Positions 27,067 to 36,036 of a stretch of DNA of 64,000 bases are shown in pieces. The translations under genes and the position numbers were made by a program. The first letter of the stretch is position 1. Each line of letters begins with the position of its first letter. A model generated the notes under the pieces. The model was not told the DNA's origin, ran no database searches, and worked only from the letters and a program-made list of their open reading frames with translations. The stretch is from Candidatus Pacearchaeota archaeon (lineage in GTDB: Archaea > Nanobdellota > Nanobdellia > Pacearchaeales > GW2011-AR1), in the NCBI GenBank assembly GCA_023139205.1, contig JAGLOA010000003.1, positions 1,779 to 65,778 of the forward strand. The letters run 5' to 3'.

Positions 27067-29364
27067 TTATCCTAAATAACTATTCTCCACAGGTATTGCT
27101 GCCTTTGCAGATTTTAAATAATTCTCCTCAATTTTTTTATAAACTTCAATGGTTGATTTATTTACACTTGGCTTAACTTTATTTAAAGCCCCGTCAAAAT
27201 GTTTTTTCTTTACTTGATCTGAATCTATAGATTCCCTTAAAGCCAACATTGCAGCTTCCCTAACCAATGCTTCTAAATCTGCCCCGCTATAACCAATTGT
27301 CTTTTTAGCTAAATCCTTAATTTTAACATCCTTAGCCAAAGGCATATTTTTTGTATGAATCTCCAAAACTTTTAATCTACCTTCTTCTTCAGGAGTATTA
27401 ACTAACAAAATTTTATCAAATCTTCCAGGCCTCAATAAACCTGGGTCCAACATATCTGGTCTGTTTGTCGCTCCAATAACAAGAACATCATGCAAATCCT
27501 CAAGACCATCCATTTCTGCAAGCAACTGATTCAATACTCTCTCAGTAACCTTTGTCCCTGTTTCTGATCCTCTCTTCCCTGCCAAAGAATCAACCTCATC
27601 AAAAAATATAACACAAGGAGAAACTTGTCTTGCTCTCTCAAAAATCTTTCTCATCCCTTCTTCTGATTTACCAACCCACATGCTTAACAAAGAAGGTCCT
27701 TTAACCTGAATAAAATTAGCTTCTGATTCTTTTGCAACAGCCTTAGCCAATAAAGTCTTACCTGTTCCAGGAGGACCATAAAGCAAAATTCCCCTTGAAG
27801 GCCGAATACCCATTCTTGTAAAACTCTCAGGATATTTCATAGGCCATTCCACAGCTTCTTTTAATTCCATTTTAACAGAATTTAATCCTCCAATATCCTC
27901 CCACCCAATATTTGGAGTCTCAACCAAAACTTCCCTCATTGCAGAAGGTCGAACAACTTTCAAAGCATCCATAAAATTTTCTTTTTTAACAATTAACTTT
28001 TCTAAAATCTCATGAGGAATTTGCTCTTCTTCATCTAATTTCATTTGAGGCAGAAACTTCCTTAAAACACTCATAGCAGCCTCCTTGCTCAACGCCTCTA
28101 AATCAGCACCAACAAAACCATGCGTTACAGAAGCAATCTCATCTAATTTAACACCCTTTGTTAAAGGCATACCTCTTGTATGAATTTTTAAAATTGAAAG
28201 TCTTCCTTCTTTACTCGGAACATTAATTTCTACTTCCCGGTCAAATCTTCCAGGTCTTCTTAATGCAGGATCAAGAGCATTAACTCGATTAGTTGCTCCA
28301 ATAACTATAACATTCCCTCTTCCTTTAAGACCATCCATCATCGTTAATAATTGACTAACAACTCTCCTTTCAACTTCCCCTCCCACCTCTTCTCTTTTTG
28401 GAGCAATAGCATCTATTTCATCAATAAAAATTATAGTTGGTGCAGTCTTCTCTGCTTCTTCAAAAATATCTCTAATTTTTTTTTCACTTTCTCCATAAAA
28501 CTTAGACATTATTTCTGGTCCATTAAGCAAAATAAAATTAGCTTCTGATTCATTTGCAACAGCCTTAGCTAAAAGAGTCTTACCTGTTCCAGGAGGACCA
28601 TGCAATAAAACTCCCTTTGGAGGTGCTATTCCCAATTTCTGAAAAATTTCCGGATGCTTCATAGGAATTTCTACCATCTCCCTTATTTTCTTAATCTCTT
28701 CAGAAAGCCCACCAATATCTTCATAATTAATCTCAGGGATTTTTTCATCAGTTATTTCAACAGCTTTAGGATTTAATGTAACTTCTGTATTTTCAGAGAT
28801 ATAACATGGCTGATTTGGATTTGCATTAACAACTAAAAATTTAATTTGAGAAATTCCTCCGCCCAAATTTCCAAAACCCATGTTTTCAAACGCATCGCCA
28901 AATAATCCTCCAAGATCTTCATTAAGTCCCATCTCTGAAAATAAATCTCTTCTTCTTTGTACCCCTCCTAAAACAACAAGGTCTCCTTTTACAAGAGTTC
29001 TTCCTAAAAGCCCTCTCCTTAAACTTTCAGGATCTCCCTGAACCATAATTCCTTTTTGTGCAGGAGCAATCATTATTTTTTTTGCTTCTTTAACCTCTGC
29101 CTTAGAGATTGTAACAACATCTCCAATACCTGTTTTTGCATTTCTTCTTAAAATACCATCAATTCTTATAATTCCTTCACCAACATCAGCAGGATAAGCT
29201 TTATCTGCAATAGCAACTGTTTCCTTCCCACCTTTTATAAGAATAACATCTCCTCTTTTAATCCCTAACTCTCTCATTATTTCACTATCTAATCTAGCAA
29301 TTCCCTTATATGCATCATCCTGCAATGCTTCAACAACTTTTAATTGAATTTCTTTTTTATCCAT
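27067..29364 (-). CDS. cdc48: CDC48/VCP-like AAA+ ATPase (paralog 2)
   Basis: N domain followed by two AAA modules (GPPGTGKT twice). Confidence 0.9.
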   Translation of the reverse strand: MDKKEIQLKVVEALQDDAYKGIARLDSEIMRELGIKRGDVILIKGGKETVAIADKAYPADVGEGIIRIDGILRRNAKTGIGDVVTISKAEVKEAKKIMIAPAQKGIMVQGDPESLRRGLLGRTLVKGDLVVLGGVQRRRDLFSEMGLNEDLGGLFGDAFENMGFGNLGGGISQIKFLVVNANPNQPCYISENTEVTLNPKAVEITDEKIPEINYEDIGGLSEEIKKIREMVEIPMKHPEIFQKLGIAPPKGVLLHGPPGTGKTLLAKAVANESEANFILLNGPEIMSKFYGESEKKIRDIFEEAEKTAPTIIFIDEIDAIAPKREEVGGEVERRVVSQLLTMMDGLKGRGNVIVIGATNRVNALDPALRRPGRFDREVEINVPSKEGRLSILKIHTRGMPLTKGVKLDEIASVTHGFVGADLEALSKEAAMSVLRKFLPQMKLDEEEQIPHEILEKLIVKKENFMDALKVVRPSAMREVLVETPNIGWEDIGGLNSVKMELKEAVEWPMKYPESFTRMGIRPSRGILLYGPPGTGKTLLAKAVAKESEANFIQVKGPSLLSMWVGKSEEGMRKIFERARQVSPCVIFFDEVDSLAGKRGSETGTKVTERVLNQLLAEMDGLEDLHDVLVIGATNRPDMLDPGLLRPGRFDKILLVNTPEEEGRLKVLEIHTKNMPLAKDVKIKDLAKKTIGYSGADLEALVREAAMLALRESIDSDQVKKKHFDGALNKVKPSVNKSTIEVYKKIEENYLKSAKAAIPVENSYLG

Positions 29365-29367
29365 TTT

Positions 29368-29745
29368 TTATTTTTTTAATTCATGAAAATTTAAAGATAA
29401 TCTTCCCATATCTTCAAAACACAATTTAACCATATTGTCCATAATTTTTTTTTGCTCATTCATAAATGAAACTATTTCCTTTGGGATTGAAACAGCATAA
29501 CTATTTCCTACAAGTCTCATCTTAACTCTAAATTCCTTATTTTTTAAATTTATAAATTTAATGTACTCTTGCTCATCAACAGGGTGAATCAATTTTTCAT
29601 GACATTTTGGACAAATCATGGCTCTAAACAAAAATCCACTTTTAACAATCTTAGCTTTTTGCATTTTAAAATTACATTTCCTGCACAAAATTGTGTTATC
29701 AAATATATCTGACATTTTTAAGGTATATACTTTAAGTATATACAC
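29368..29745 (-). CDS. zinc-ribbon plus AbrB/SpoVT-like swapped-hairpin protein (putative regulator)
   Basis: CRKC..CPKC ribbon followed by RVKMRLVGNSYAVSIPKEIV. Confidence 0.45.
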   Translation of the reverse strand: MYILKVYTLKMSDIFDNTILCRKCNFKMQKAKIVKSGFLFRAMICPKCHEKLIHPVDEQEYIKFINLKNKEFRVKMRLVGNSYAVSIPKEIVSFMNEQKKIMDNMVKLCFEDMGRLSLNFHELKK

Positions 29746-29813
29746 AAAAGATATACTATTTAAATGTTTTGGGAATAAAACATTTTAAAAACAAAAATAT
29801 CCTCTTCTTTAAA

Positions 29814-30452
29814 ATGAAAACTAAAAAAATATTAAATACAACAAAAAAATTTTTAGAAAAGTTTTGGTTTTTATTATGGAAAGATAACAGCTTAAAGGGG
29901 TGGCTTATCTCAATAATTTTCCTTTTTGTCTTAATAAAATTTATTCTCTTTCCTGGTTTAAGTTTAATCACAGGAACTGCCTTGCCTTTAGCAATTGTTG
30001 AATCCTGCAGTATGTATCATGAAGGAGATTTTCTCTCTAACTTTAATAATTGGTGGGAAAAACAAGAAACAAAATATTCTCAGTTTAATTTAGAAAAAAA
30101 TGGATTTGAAAATTTTATATTTAAAAAAGGTTTTAACAAAGGAGACATATTATTTATTATTGAAGCAAAACCAGAAAAACTAAAAATAGGAGACGTAATA
30201 ATCTTTAATGCAGATAAAAAAAATCCAATAATTCACAGAATAATAAAAATTGAAAATCAAGACGGAGAATACATTTTTTCAACAATCGGGGACAATAATA
30301 ATGGACAATTAAGTTTAGAAAAAAATATCAAAGAAGACCAGTTAGTAGGAAAAGCTATTTTCAAAATTGCTCCTTTAATAGGCTGGGCAAAATTAATCTT
30401 TTACGAAAACTTAAGACCTACCTCAGAAAGAGGTTTATGCGAACAAAACTAA
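29814..30452 (+). CDS. signal peptidase I (archaeal Sec11-type)
   Basis: TM helix, SCSMYH putative catalytic Ser region, IHRII, GDNN box. Start at ATG 29814 inside the track ORF 29769. Confidence 0.55.
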   Translation: MKTKKILNTTKKFLEKFWFLLWKDNSLKGWLISIIFLFVLIKFILFPGLSLITGTALPLAIVESCSMYHEGDFLSNFNNWWEKQETKYSQFNLEKNGFENFIFKKGFNKGDILFIIEAKPEKLKIGDVIIFNADKKNPIIHRIIKIENQDGEYIFSTIGDNNNGQLSLEKNIKEDQLVGKAIFKIAPLIGWAKLIFYENLRPTSERGLCEQN

Positions 30453-30552
30453 AACAAAAACTTTTTAAAGAAAACTAATTAAAAATTAAGATGGAATTTT
30501 GTCTAACAATAACCAAACTTGTTGATACAGAATTAGTAAGGGGGAATCTATA

Positions 30553-30861
30553 ATGGAATTCTGTCCTAAATGCGGTGCAGTGCTTATTCAAAAAAGAAAA
30601 AATGCTGGATGCCCAAGATGTAATTATTCTGCAAAAGGAAAAGCAAAAATAATTGCTTCTGAAAAAATAGAAGAAAAAAAAGAAATAGAAGTAATTTCAA
30701 ACAAAGATTCTCAAGTTCTACCTATAGTTGGAGAAGAATGCAAGAAATGTGGAAATAAAGAAGCTTATTTCTGGACAGTTCAAACTCGTTCAGGAGATGA
30801 AGCAGAAACAAAATTCTTCAAGTGTACAAAATGTGAATTTACTTGGCGTGAATATAGGTAA
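30553..30861 (+). CDS. tfs: transcription factor S / RNAP subunit M-like
   Basis: N-terminal CPKCG..CPRC ribbon plus C-terminal TFIIS-type CKKCG..RSGDE..CTKC with the acidic loop. Confidence 0.75.
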   Translation: MEFCPKCGAVLIQKRKNAGCPRCNYSAKGKAKIIASEKIEEKKEIEVISNKDSQVLPIVGEECKKCGNKEAYFWTVQTRSGDEAETKFFKCTKCEFTWREYR

Positions 30862-30994
30862 TTAATTCTTAGCAGACAACATCTTTTTAAATCAAAAGTT
30901 ATTTACTGAATTACGGCTCCGTAGCTTCCCAAGGAGGGATGATCTGCTTTGCAGACCTCAGCCTTTTAAGTTACTTCGCAGTCGCCCCAAAAAT

Positions 30995-31069
30995 GGCTCC
31001 GTAGCTCAGCTTGGTCAGAGCACCAGACTCTTAATCTGGGTGTCGAGGGTTCAAATCCCTTCGGGGCCA
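30995..31069 (+). tRNA. tRNA-Lys (anticodon CTT)
   Basis: Acceptor GGCTCCG/CGGGGCC, anticodon stem CCAGA/TCTGG with loop CTCTTAA, T arm GAGGG-TTCAAAT-CCCTT, discriminator A. Confidence 0.85.
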
Positions 31070-31139
31070 TTTCTAATTTTGGTAAAATGGTAAGAAAATT
31101 ATTAGTAAAGTTTAAAGGGATTAAATTATTCTATTATTT

Positions 31140-31658
31140 ATGAAGAAAAGAAATCCTAAAAGCGAAGGAGAAGAATTAATCGGAGAGTTTTTTACAGAGA
31201 ACGACATCAAATTTGAAGAAGAAAAAGAGATACTTAATCTTAAAGGAGATAAATTTCAAAAAAGAGTGGCGGATTTTTATCTACCTAAATACAAAGTTTA
31301 TGTAGAATTCTTTGGCCAATGGAATGTTAGTGATTTCCATAAAAATAGATATAAAAATAAAAAGTATGTCTATAAAGAAAATAATGTTTCTTGTATCTAT
31401 CTCTATCCAGATAATTTGGGAATACTCAATTTCATTTTTAAAAGGAGATTAAAAGATGTTTTAAGAAGTCATAAAAACAGAAAAAAAGAATTGTATAAAT
31501 TCTATTTTGACAACTTTTTAGAAAAATCTGGGATATCAATCTTGATAATATTCATATTAATTTTTGCTGTTGGTAATTTTTGGGCGTATGTTGGTTCAGG
31601 AGTTTTATTCTTAGGGACAGTGTATGAATTTTTTATTAAAGAAATTTTAAAAAATTAA
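31140..31658 (+). CDS. hypothetical protein with a C-terminal TM
   Basis: 172-aa ORF. Confidence 0.35.
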   Translation: MKKRNPKSEGEELIGEFFTENDIKFEEEKEILNLKGDKFQKRVADFYLPKYKVYVEFFGQWNVSDFHKNRYKNKKYVYKENNVSCIYLYPDNLGILNFIFKRRLKDVLRSHKNRKKELYKFYFDNFLEKSGISILIIFILIFAVGNFWAYVGSGVLFLGTVYEFFIKEILKN

Positions 31659-31910
31659 AAAAACACCCAGAGCCACCCCCCTTCCCAACCTTTTCAAATT
31701 CCTAGCAAGAATTGCTCTTTGCTCAATTTTTCTAGTCACCAAAATTCTCTTCTTTCCTTTTGAAGTTGGATTTTTTATTGTCTGCCCAGCTTTTGCATTT
31801 ATAATCACATCAAGAAGTCTTAAAGGAATTTTCTCTTCTTTAGGAATTTCCAAATCATAATGAAGTTTTCCAAGTCTGTGGATTGCTCTTTGAATCCATT
31901 TCTTTACCAT
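31647..31910 (-). CDS. small basic protein (hypothetical; possibly a ribosomal or RNA-binding protein)
   Basis: 87 aa, K/R-rich. Confidence 0.3.
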   Translation of the reverse strand: MVKKWIQRAIHRLGKLHYDLEIPKEEKIPLRLLDVIINAKAGQTIKNPTSKGKKRILVTRKIEQRAILARNLKRLGRGVALGVFLIF

Positions 31911-31939
31911 AACACAAAATAGATATTAGAATATATAAA

Positions 31940-32443
31940 TTATTTTTTTCTGGATGGGGATTGAATTTTTCCCCTAATAGTTTTTATGTTCTTTTGCCAA
32001 TCTTCCTTAGACATAATGTGCTTTGGTTCTTTATTGGAAAGAACATCCAAAGGAGAATACTTTTCATTCTCAGCTCTTAAAAAAAAGTGAAAGTGAATAT
32101 GGGGCATATGTTGGTTTGCTGATTCACCATTATTATTAATAAGATTAAACCCATCAAATTCTCCGTTGTCAATAAATTCCATTGATATTTTTTTTATCAT
32201 ATCTCTAATCTCTAGAACTTCTTCATCATTAAGATCTCCTATAAAATCAACATGACGATTAGTTATAATCATGAGGTGTCCAAAACTTAGTGGACTACGT
32301 GGGTAAATCATTAAAGCATACTTACCCTTAAGAATAAGTTGCTGATCTAATTCTTCTTTTTCACAAAACGAACATTTTCTATTTTCCATATTTTCTCCGG
32401 ATAATTTCCAAAATGAATTTGGAACCACGTTCCCCTTTGTCAT
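31940..32443 (-). CDS. HIT-family hydrolase
   Basis: Histidine triad HMPHIHFHF. Confidence 0.8.
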   Translation of the reverse strand: MTKGNVVPNSFWKLSGENMENRKCSFCEKEELDQQLILKGKYALMIYPRSPLSFGHLMIITNRHVDFIGDLNDEEVLEIRDMIKKISMEFIDNGEFDGFNLINNNGESANQHMPHIHFHFFLRAENEKYSPLDVLSNKEPKHIMSKEDWQKNIKTIRGKIQSPSRKK

Positions 32444-32563
32444 TAATATAATAATCTTCTCCAGATAATTTTCTAATACACCAACCTTTTCAAATTCCTA
32501 ACAATTTTACGCAATGCTAACTACTATAAAACCAGTCTTATTCAGGGCGATGATAAATTAGAA

Positions 32564-32851
32564 TCATCTAATTAGTCTTTGTATATTCTCGATAGCATCT
32601 GCAACTTCTCTACCTTTCTTGGTAAGTTGTATAATTTTTATTCGCCCCTTTTTTTCAAATACAACTAACTTCAAGATTTCTAAGGTTTGCAAAATCTTCA
32701 CTGCATGGCTGTAAGTACAATCTACTTCCTTAGCCAAAAGACTACCATACCTCATCCTTGTATTCTTTTTCAGAGAAACCAACATAAGAGCCGGCTTTCT
32801 TCTAAAAAAGACATCAAAATTGTCTTTCATTTGAAAACGTTCATCATCCAA
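32564..32851 (-). CDS. winged-helix transcriptional regulator
   Basis: wHTH pattern in a 95-aa protein. Confidence 0.45.
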   Translation of the reverse strand: MDDERFQMKDNFDVFFRRKPALMLVSLKKNTRMRYGSLLAKEVDCTYSHAVKILQTLEILKLVVFEKKGRIKIIQLTKKGREVADAIENIQRLIR

Positions 32852-33033
32852 TTAAAGCAAGATTCCCAGATTCAACCGAGAGTATTTCTTTCATTTAATA
32901 TGCATGATTTAACCTATATATTCCAGACAGTATATCCCTTATAAATCTTTTGATAACCTCGACGTTACCCCCAATCAATAAGGAATTTTCACGATTTCAC
33001 AAAGTTTATTAACAAAAAACTTATTTTTATTTC

Positions 33034-33645
33034 ATGAAAAAGAAATCAAAAATTTTAGCAATTGGAGATCTTCACGGAGACACAGGTCTGGTAAAAAAAT
33101 TAGCTAAAAAAGCAAAAGATGAAAATGTGGATTTAGTCATATTAACAGGGGACCTGACATTCGCAGAACAATCTACAAAAAATCTAATTGGTCCGTTTAT
33201 AAAAGAAAAAAAACAAGTTCTGTTAATTCCAGGAAACCATGAATCTGTAGCAACAATAGATTTTCTAGCAGAAATGTATCCAAACACAAAAAACATTCAT
33301 GGATATTCTTTCAAAAAAGGAGGCATAGGAATTTTCGGGGCAGGAGGAGCAAACATGGGGATAAACACTGTGAGAGATTCAGAAATTTTTGATTTATTAA
33401 AAAAAGGTCATGAAAAAATTAAAGATTTAAAGAAAAAAATAATGGTAACCCACATGCATCCTAAAGGAAGTAAAGCAGAATTCTCAGGATTTGAAGGAAG
33501 CAGAGCAATAAAAAAAGCAATAAAAGAATTTCACCCAGACATTGCAATTTGCTCGCACATTCACGAAGCTTCAGGAATAGAAGAACAAATGGGGAAAACA
33601 AAAGTAATTAATGTCAGCAGAAAAGAAAAGATTTTTGAGATCTAA
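33034..33645 (+). CDS. metallophosphoesterase (calcineurin-like)
   Basis: GDLHGD, GDLT, GNHE, HMHP motifs. Confidence 0.75.
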   Translation: MKKKSKILAIGDLHGDTGLVKKLAKKAKDENVDLVILTGDLTFAEQSTKNLIGPFIKEKKQVLLIPGNHESVATIDFLAEMYPNTKNIHGYSFKKGGIGIFGAGGANMGINTVRDSEIFDLLKKGHEKIKDLKKKIMVTHMHPKGSKAEFSGFEGSRAIKKAIKEFHPDIAICSHIHEASGIEEQMGKTKVINVSRKEKIFEI

Positions 33646-33711
33646 AATTGGAATAAAAAAAGTACATCAAAAAGGAAGTTCATTTGAAGTATTTCTTCTC
33701 GGGAAAAAGCT

Positions 33712-34107
33712 TTATTCTTCAGAAATTTTTTCTGTTCCACAGTAAATTTCTTCAACATTAAGAATTATTCCTGATTTTGGAGATATTACCAGACTTGATC
33801 TTTTATCTTCAATCCACTCAACAGTATCCTTAAATATCTTATCATCTCTATGAAATTCAGTGGTGCCTTTAATTTGATAAGATTTTTTATTTTCTTTATC
33901 TAATACAACAAAAGAGATTCTAGGATTTTCAAGTAAGTTTTCTAAGGTTTTAGAAAATTTATTATTTGCAATTAAAATTTGTTTATCATTATACACTTTA
34001 AGAAATTTCAGATAGATAATGTTTGGAATACCCTCTTTTGTTGAAGTTGACAAGATATGCAATTCTTGCTTATTAATTATTTCTTGTATGTATTTTGGAA
34101 TTTTCAT
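33712..34107 (-). CDS. PNPOx-like FMN-binding split-barrel protein
   Basis: Pattern of a pyridoxamine-5'-phosphate-oxidase-like fold; this is weak. Confidence 0.4.
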   Translation of the reverse strand: MKIPKYIQEIINKQELHILSTSTKEGIPNIIYLKFLKVYNDKQILIANNKFSKTLENLLENPRISFVVLDKENKKSYQIKGTTEFHRDDKIFKDTVEWIEDKRSSLVISPKSGIILNVEEIYCGTEKISEE

Positions 34108-34289
34108 AATAAAATAAAAGATTAAGTTACTTATTTAAAACTTTTGCTTAAATTAAATTGCTAAAGCCTTTTTCTCGATTTCATATAACAACTTTTAATC
34201 AAACTCTTCATTCAAAACATCTAAATTTTCTGAGATTAATCTAAAAATTTATAAAAGAACCTTAATCTTAATTTAACAAGGTAAATAAC

Positions 34290-34811
34290 ATGAGTCTATT
34301 GAAAAAATTATTCGAAAAGAATCCAAAAATTGATTTCTCCCAATCAATCTTTTTTGTTAGACAATTTAGACAGAAGAATTATGACAGAGAAATTGATGAA
34401 GGAATGTCATCTGGAATGAAAAGGTATGCAACATTGGATGTGACAAAGCTCTCTAAAAAACAAGCTAGACAAGTTATTGGAGAATTAATAGAAGAAGTAC
34501 AAGATTTTAGTTTATGTAAACTTGTTCAATTAGCAGGTTTTACTAAAAAAGATAAACGTTATTTAATCTTAAGTGGAGAATCTCATATATTCTATGAGAA
34601 ATCTACAAAGGATGTAATTTTAAACAGGATGAAAAGTACTACAAAAGAATTACCAGTTGAATATCTAAAAGCACATGTAACGCCACTCATTCAAGGAGAA
34701 TTGTATAAACCAACTAATTTAGGTCCATACGGAAGTACTGGAAATCCTTGTTTAGGAATTTCACAACATCCTGATGCACAAAAACTAAGAGAAAAAGGGA
34801 TAATAAAATAA
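34290..34811 (+). CDS. hypothetical protein on the repeat-flanked insert
   Basis: 173-aa ORF. Confidence 0.35.
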   Translation: MSLLKKLFEKNPKIDFSQSIFFVRQFRQKNYDREIDEGMSSGMKRYATLDVTKLSKKQARQVIGELIEEVQDFSLCKLVQLAGFTKKDKRYLILSGESHIFYEKSTKDVILNRMKSTTKELPVEYLKAHVTPLIQGELYKPTNLGPYGSTGNPCLGISQHPDAQKLREKGIIK

Positions 34812-35158
34812 TTTACACCAGTCCATTATATTTTTCTTCTATTTATCTTCATTTTAACAAAACCCCAATTCTAAATCAGGCATAATAAATTTTATCAAAT
34901 TTAGTCCAGAAAATAATTAATGTCAGCAGAAAAGAAAAGATTTTTGAGATCTAATACAAAAATTTTGGATTCATAATACCCTTAGCTTTTATATTAAACT
35001 TTTTTATCAACTCTTGACTAACCCCTTTCTTAGAAAGGTACTTTGATATTTTCTCAAGAGAATTCACTTCTTCTCTAATCGGTCCACTTCCTTTACCTGA
35101 AGTAAATCTAACTTCCAAAAAAGTTGAATTTCTTAGGAGATAATTAAACACACAAAAA

Positions 35159-35872
35159 CTATTTTGATTTAGGTCCAATTTCTTCTAATCTTTTTTTATT
35201 CTTAATATATCTCAATGCAATTTTTTCAAGACCTTTTTCAGAATGAATGTCTTTTATTCCATCAAATAATAATTTTGCCCCTTCTAAAACAGGATACAAA
35301 TTTGGGTTATTTTTTACATAATTTGGGATTACTTTTTGAGGAGATATTTCTGTATCTTGTATTAATTGATGTATTCTTTGAATAAAAAAGCCCATCTGAC
35401 TTTCCCTTTCTTCAGGAGTTTTTGAAGGCATATAATGTGAGATAAATTCATGAGATTGATATGCTGGGAAAAAATGCATCCCTCCAAAATTATCATTTGG
35501 TGCACCATAAGGGCTTCTAATATCTGTTCTTAACCCAATAACAAATTTTCCCATTAATTTTGCGTAAGAACTTTCAACAACAACACCTTCATCAAGAGGT
35601 TCATCAAAATTCGCTAATACAACATCACTTTTCGGGATAAAAACCCCCATGTCAAGAAAATAAATTACATTTTGAACTGCAGAACTAATTTGGTCTTGCT
35701 GAAGCTTCCCAGAAAGGGCATTTGTTAAATTTCCAAATTCAAATCCATCTCTTTGCGGGAAATTTGTTTTATAACCAAATCTTTCTAAACCTTCAACTAA
35801 TTGAGAATTAAAATGAGTCTCTCTCCCATTGAATAATGCTGCTGCAGGATAAATTATTATTCTGTCTTTCAT
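35159..35872 (-). CDS. nucleoside 2-deoxyribosyltransferase-like protein
   Basis: DEGVVVESSYAKLMGKFVIG resembles the NDT/YtoQ active-site region. Confidence 0.5.
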   Translation of the reverse strand: MKDRIIIYPAAALFNGRETHFNSQLVEGLERFGYKTNFPQRDGFEFGNLTNALSGKLQQDQISSAVQNVIYFLDMGVFIPKSDVVLANFDEPLDEGVVVESSYAKLMGKFVIGLRTDIRSPYGAPNDNFGGMHFFPAYQSHEFISHYMPSKTPEERESQMGFFIQRIHQLIQDTEISPQKVIPNYVKNNPNLYPVLEGAKLLFDGIKDIHSEKGLEKIALRYIKNKKRLEEIGPKSK

Positions 35873-36036
35873 TTTATTCAGAAAATTATGTTTTATTATA
35901 AATTTACTTGTGTTTGTGTGCTATAATTTTGGAGAAGCAAAAAAATTAATTTTTTATTTAATTTAACAACTTTTAATCAAACTTCTTTCTTAAACTATTC
36001 AAAAAATTATAAAAACCCTTCTTCTTCTCAATAATC

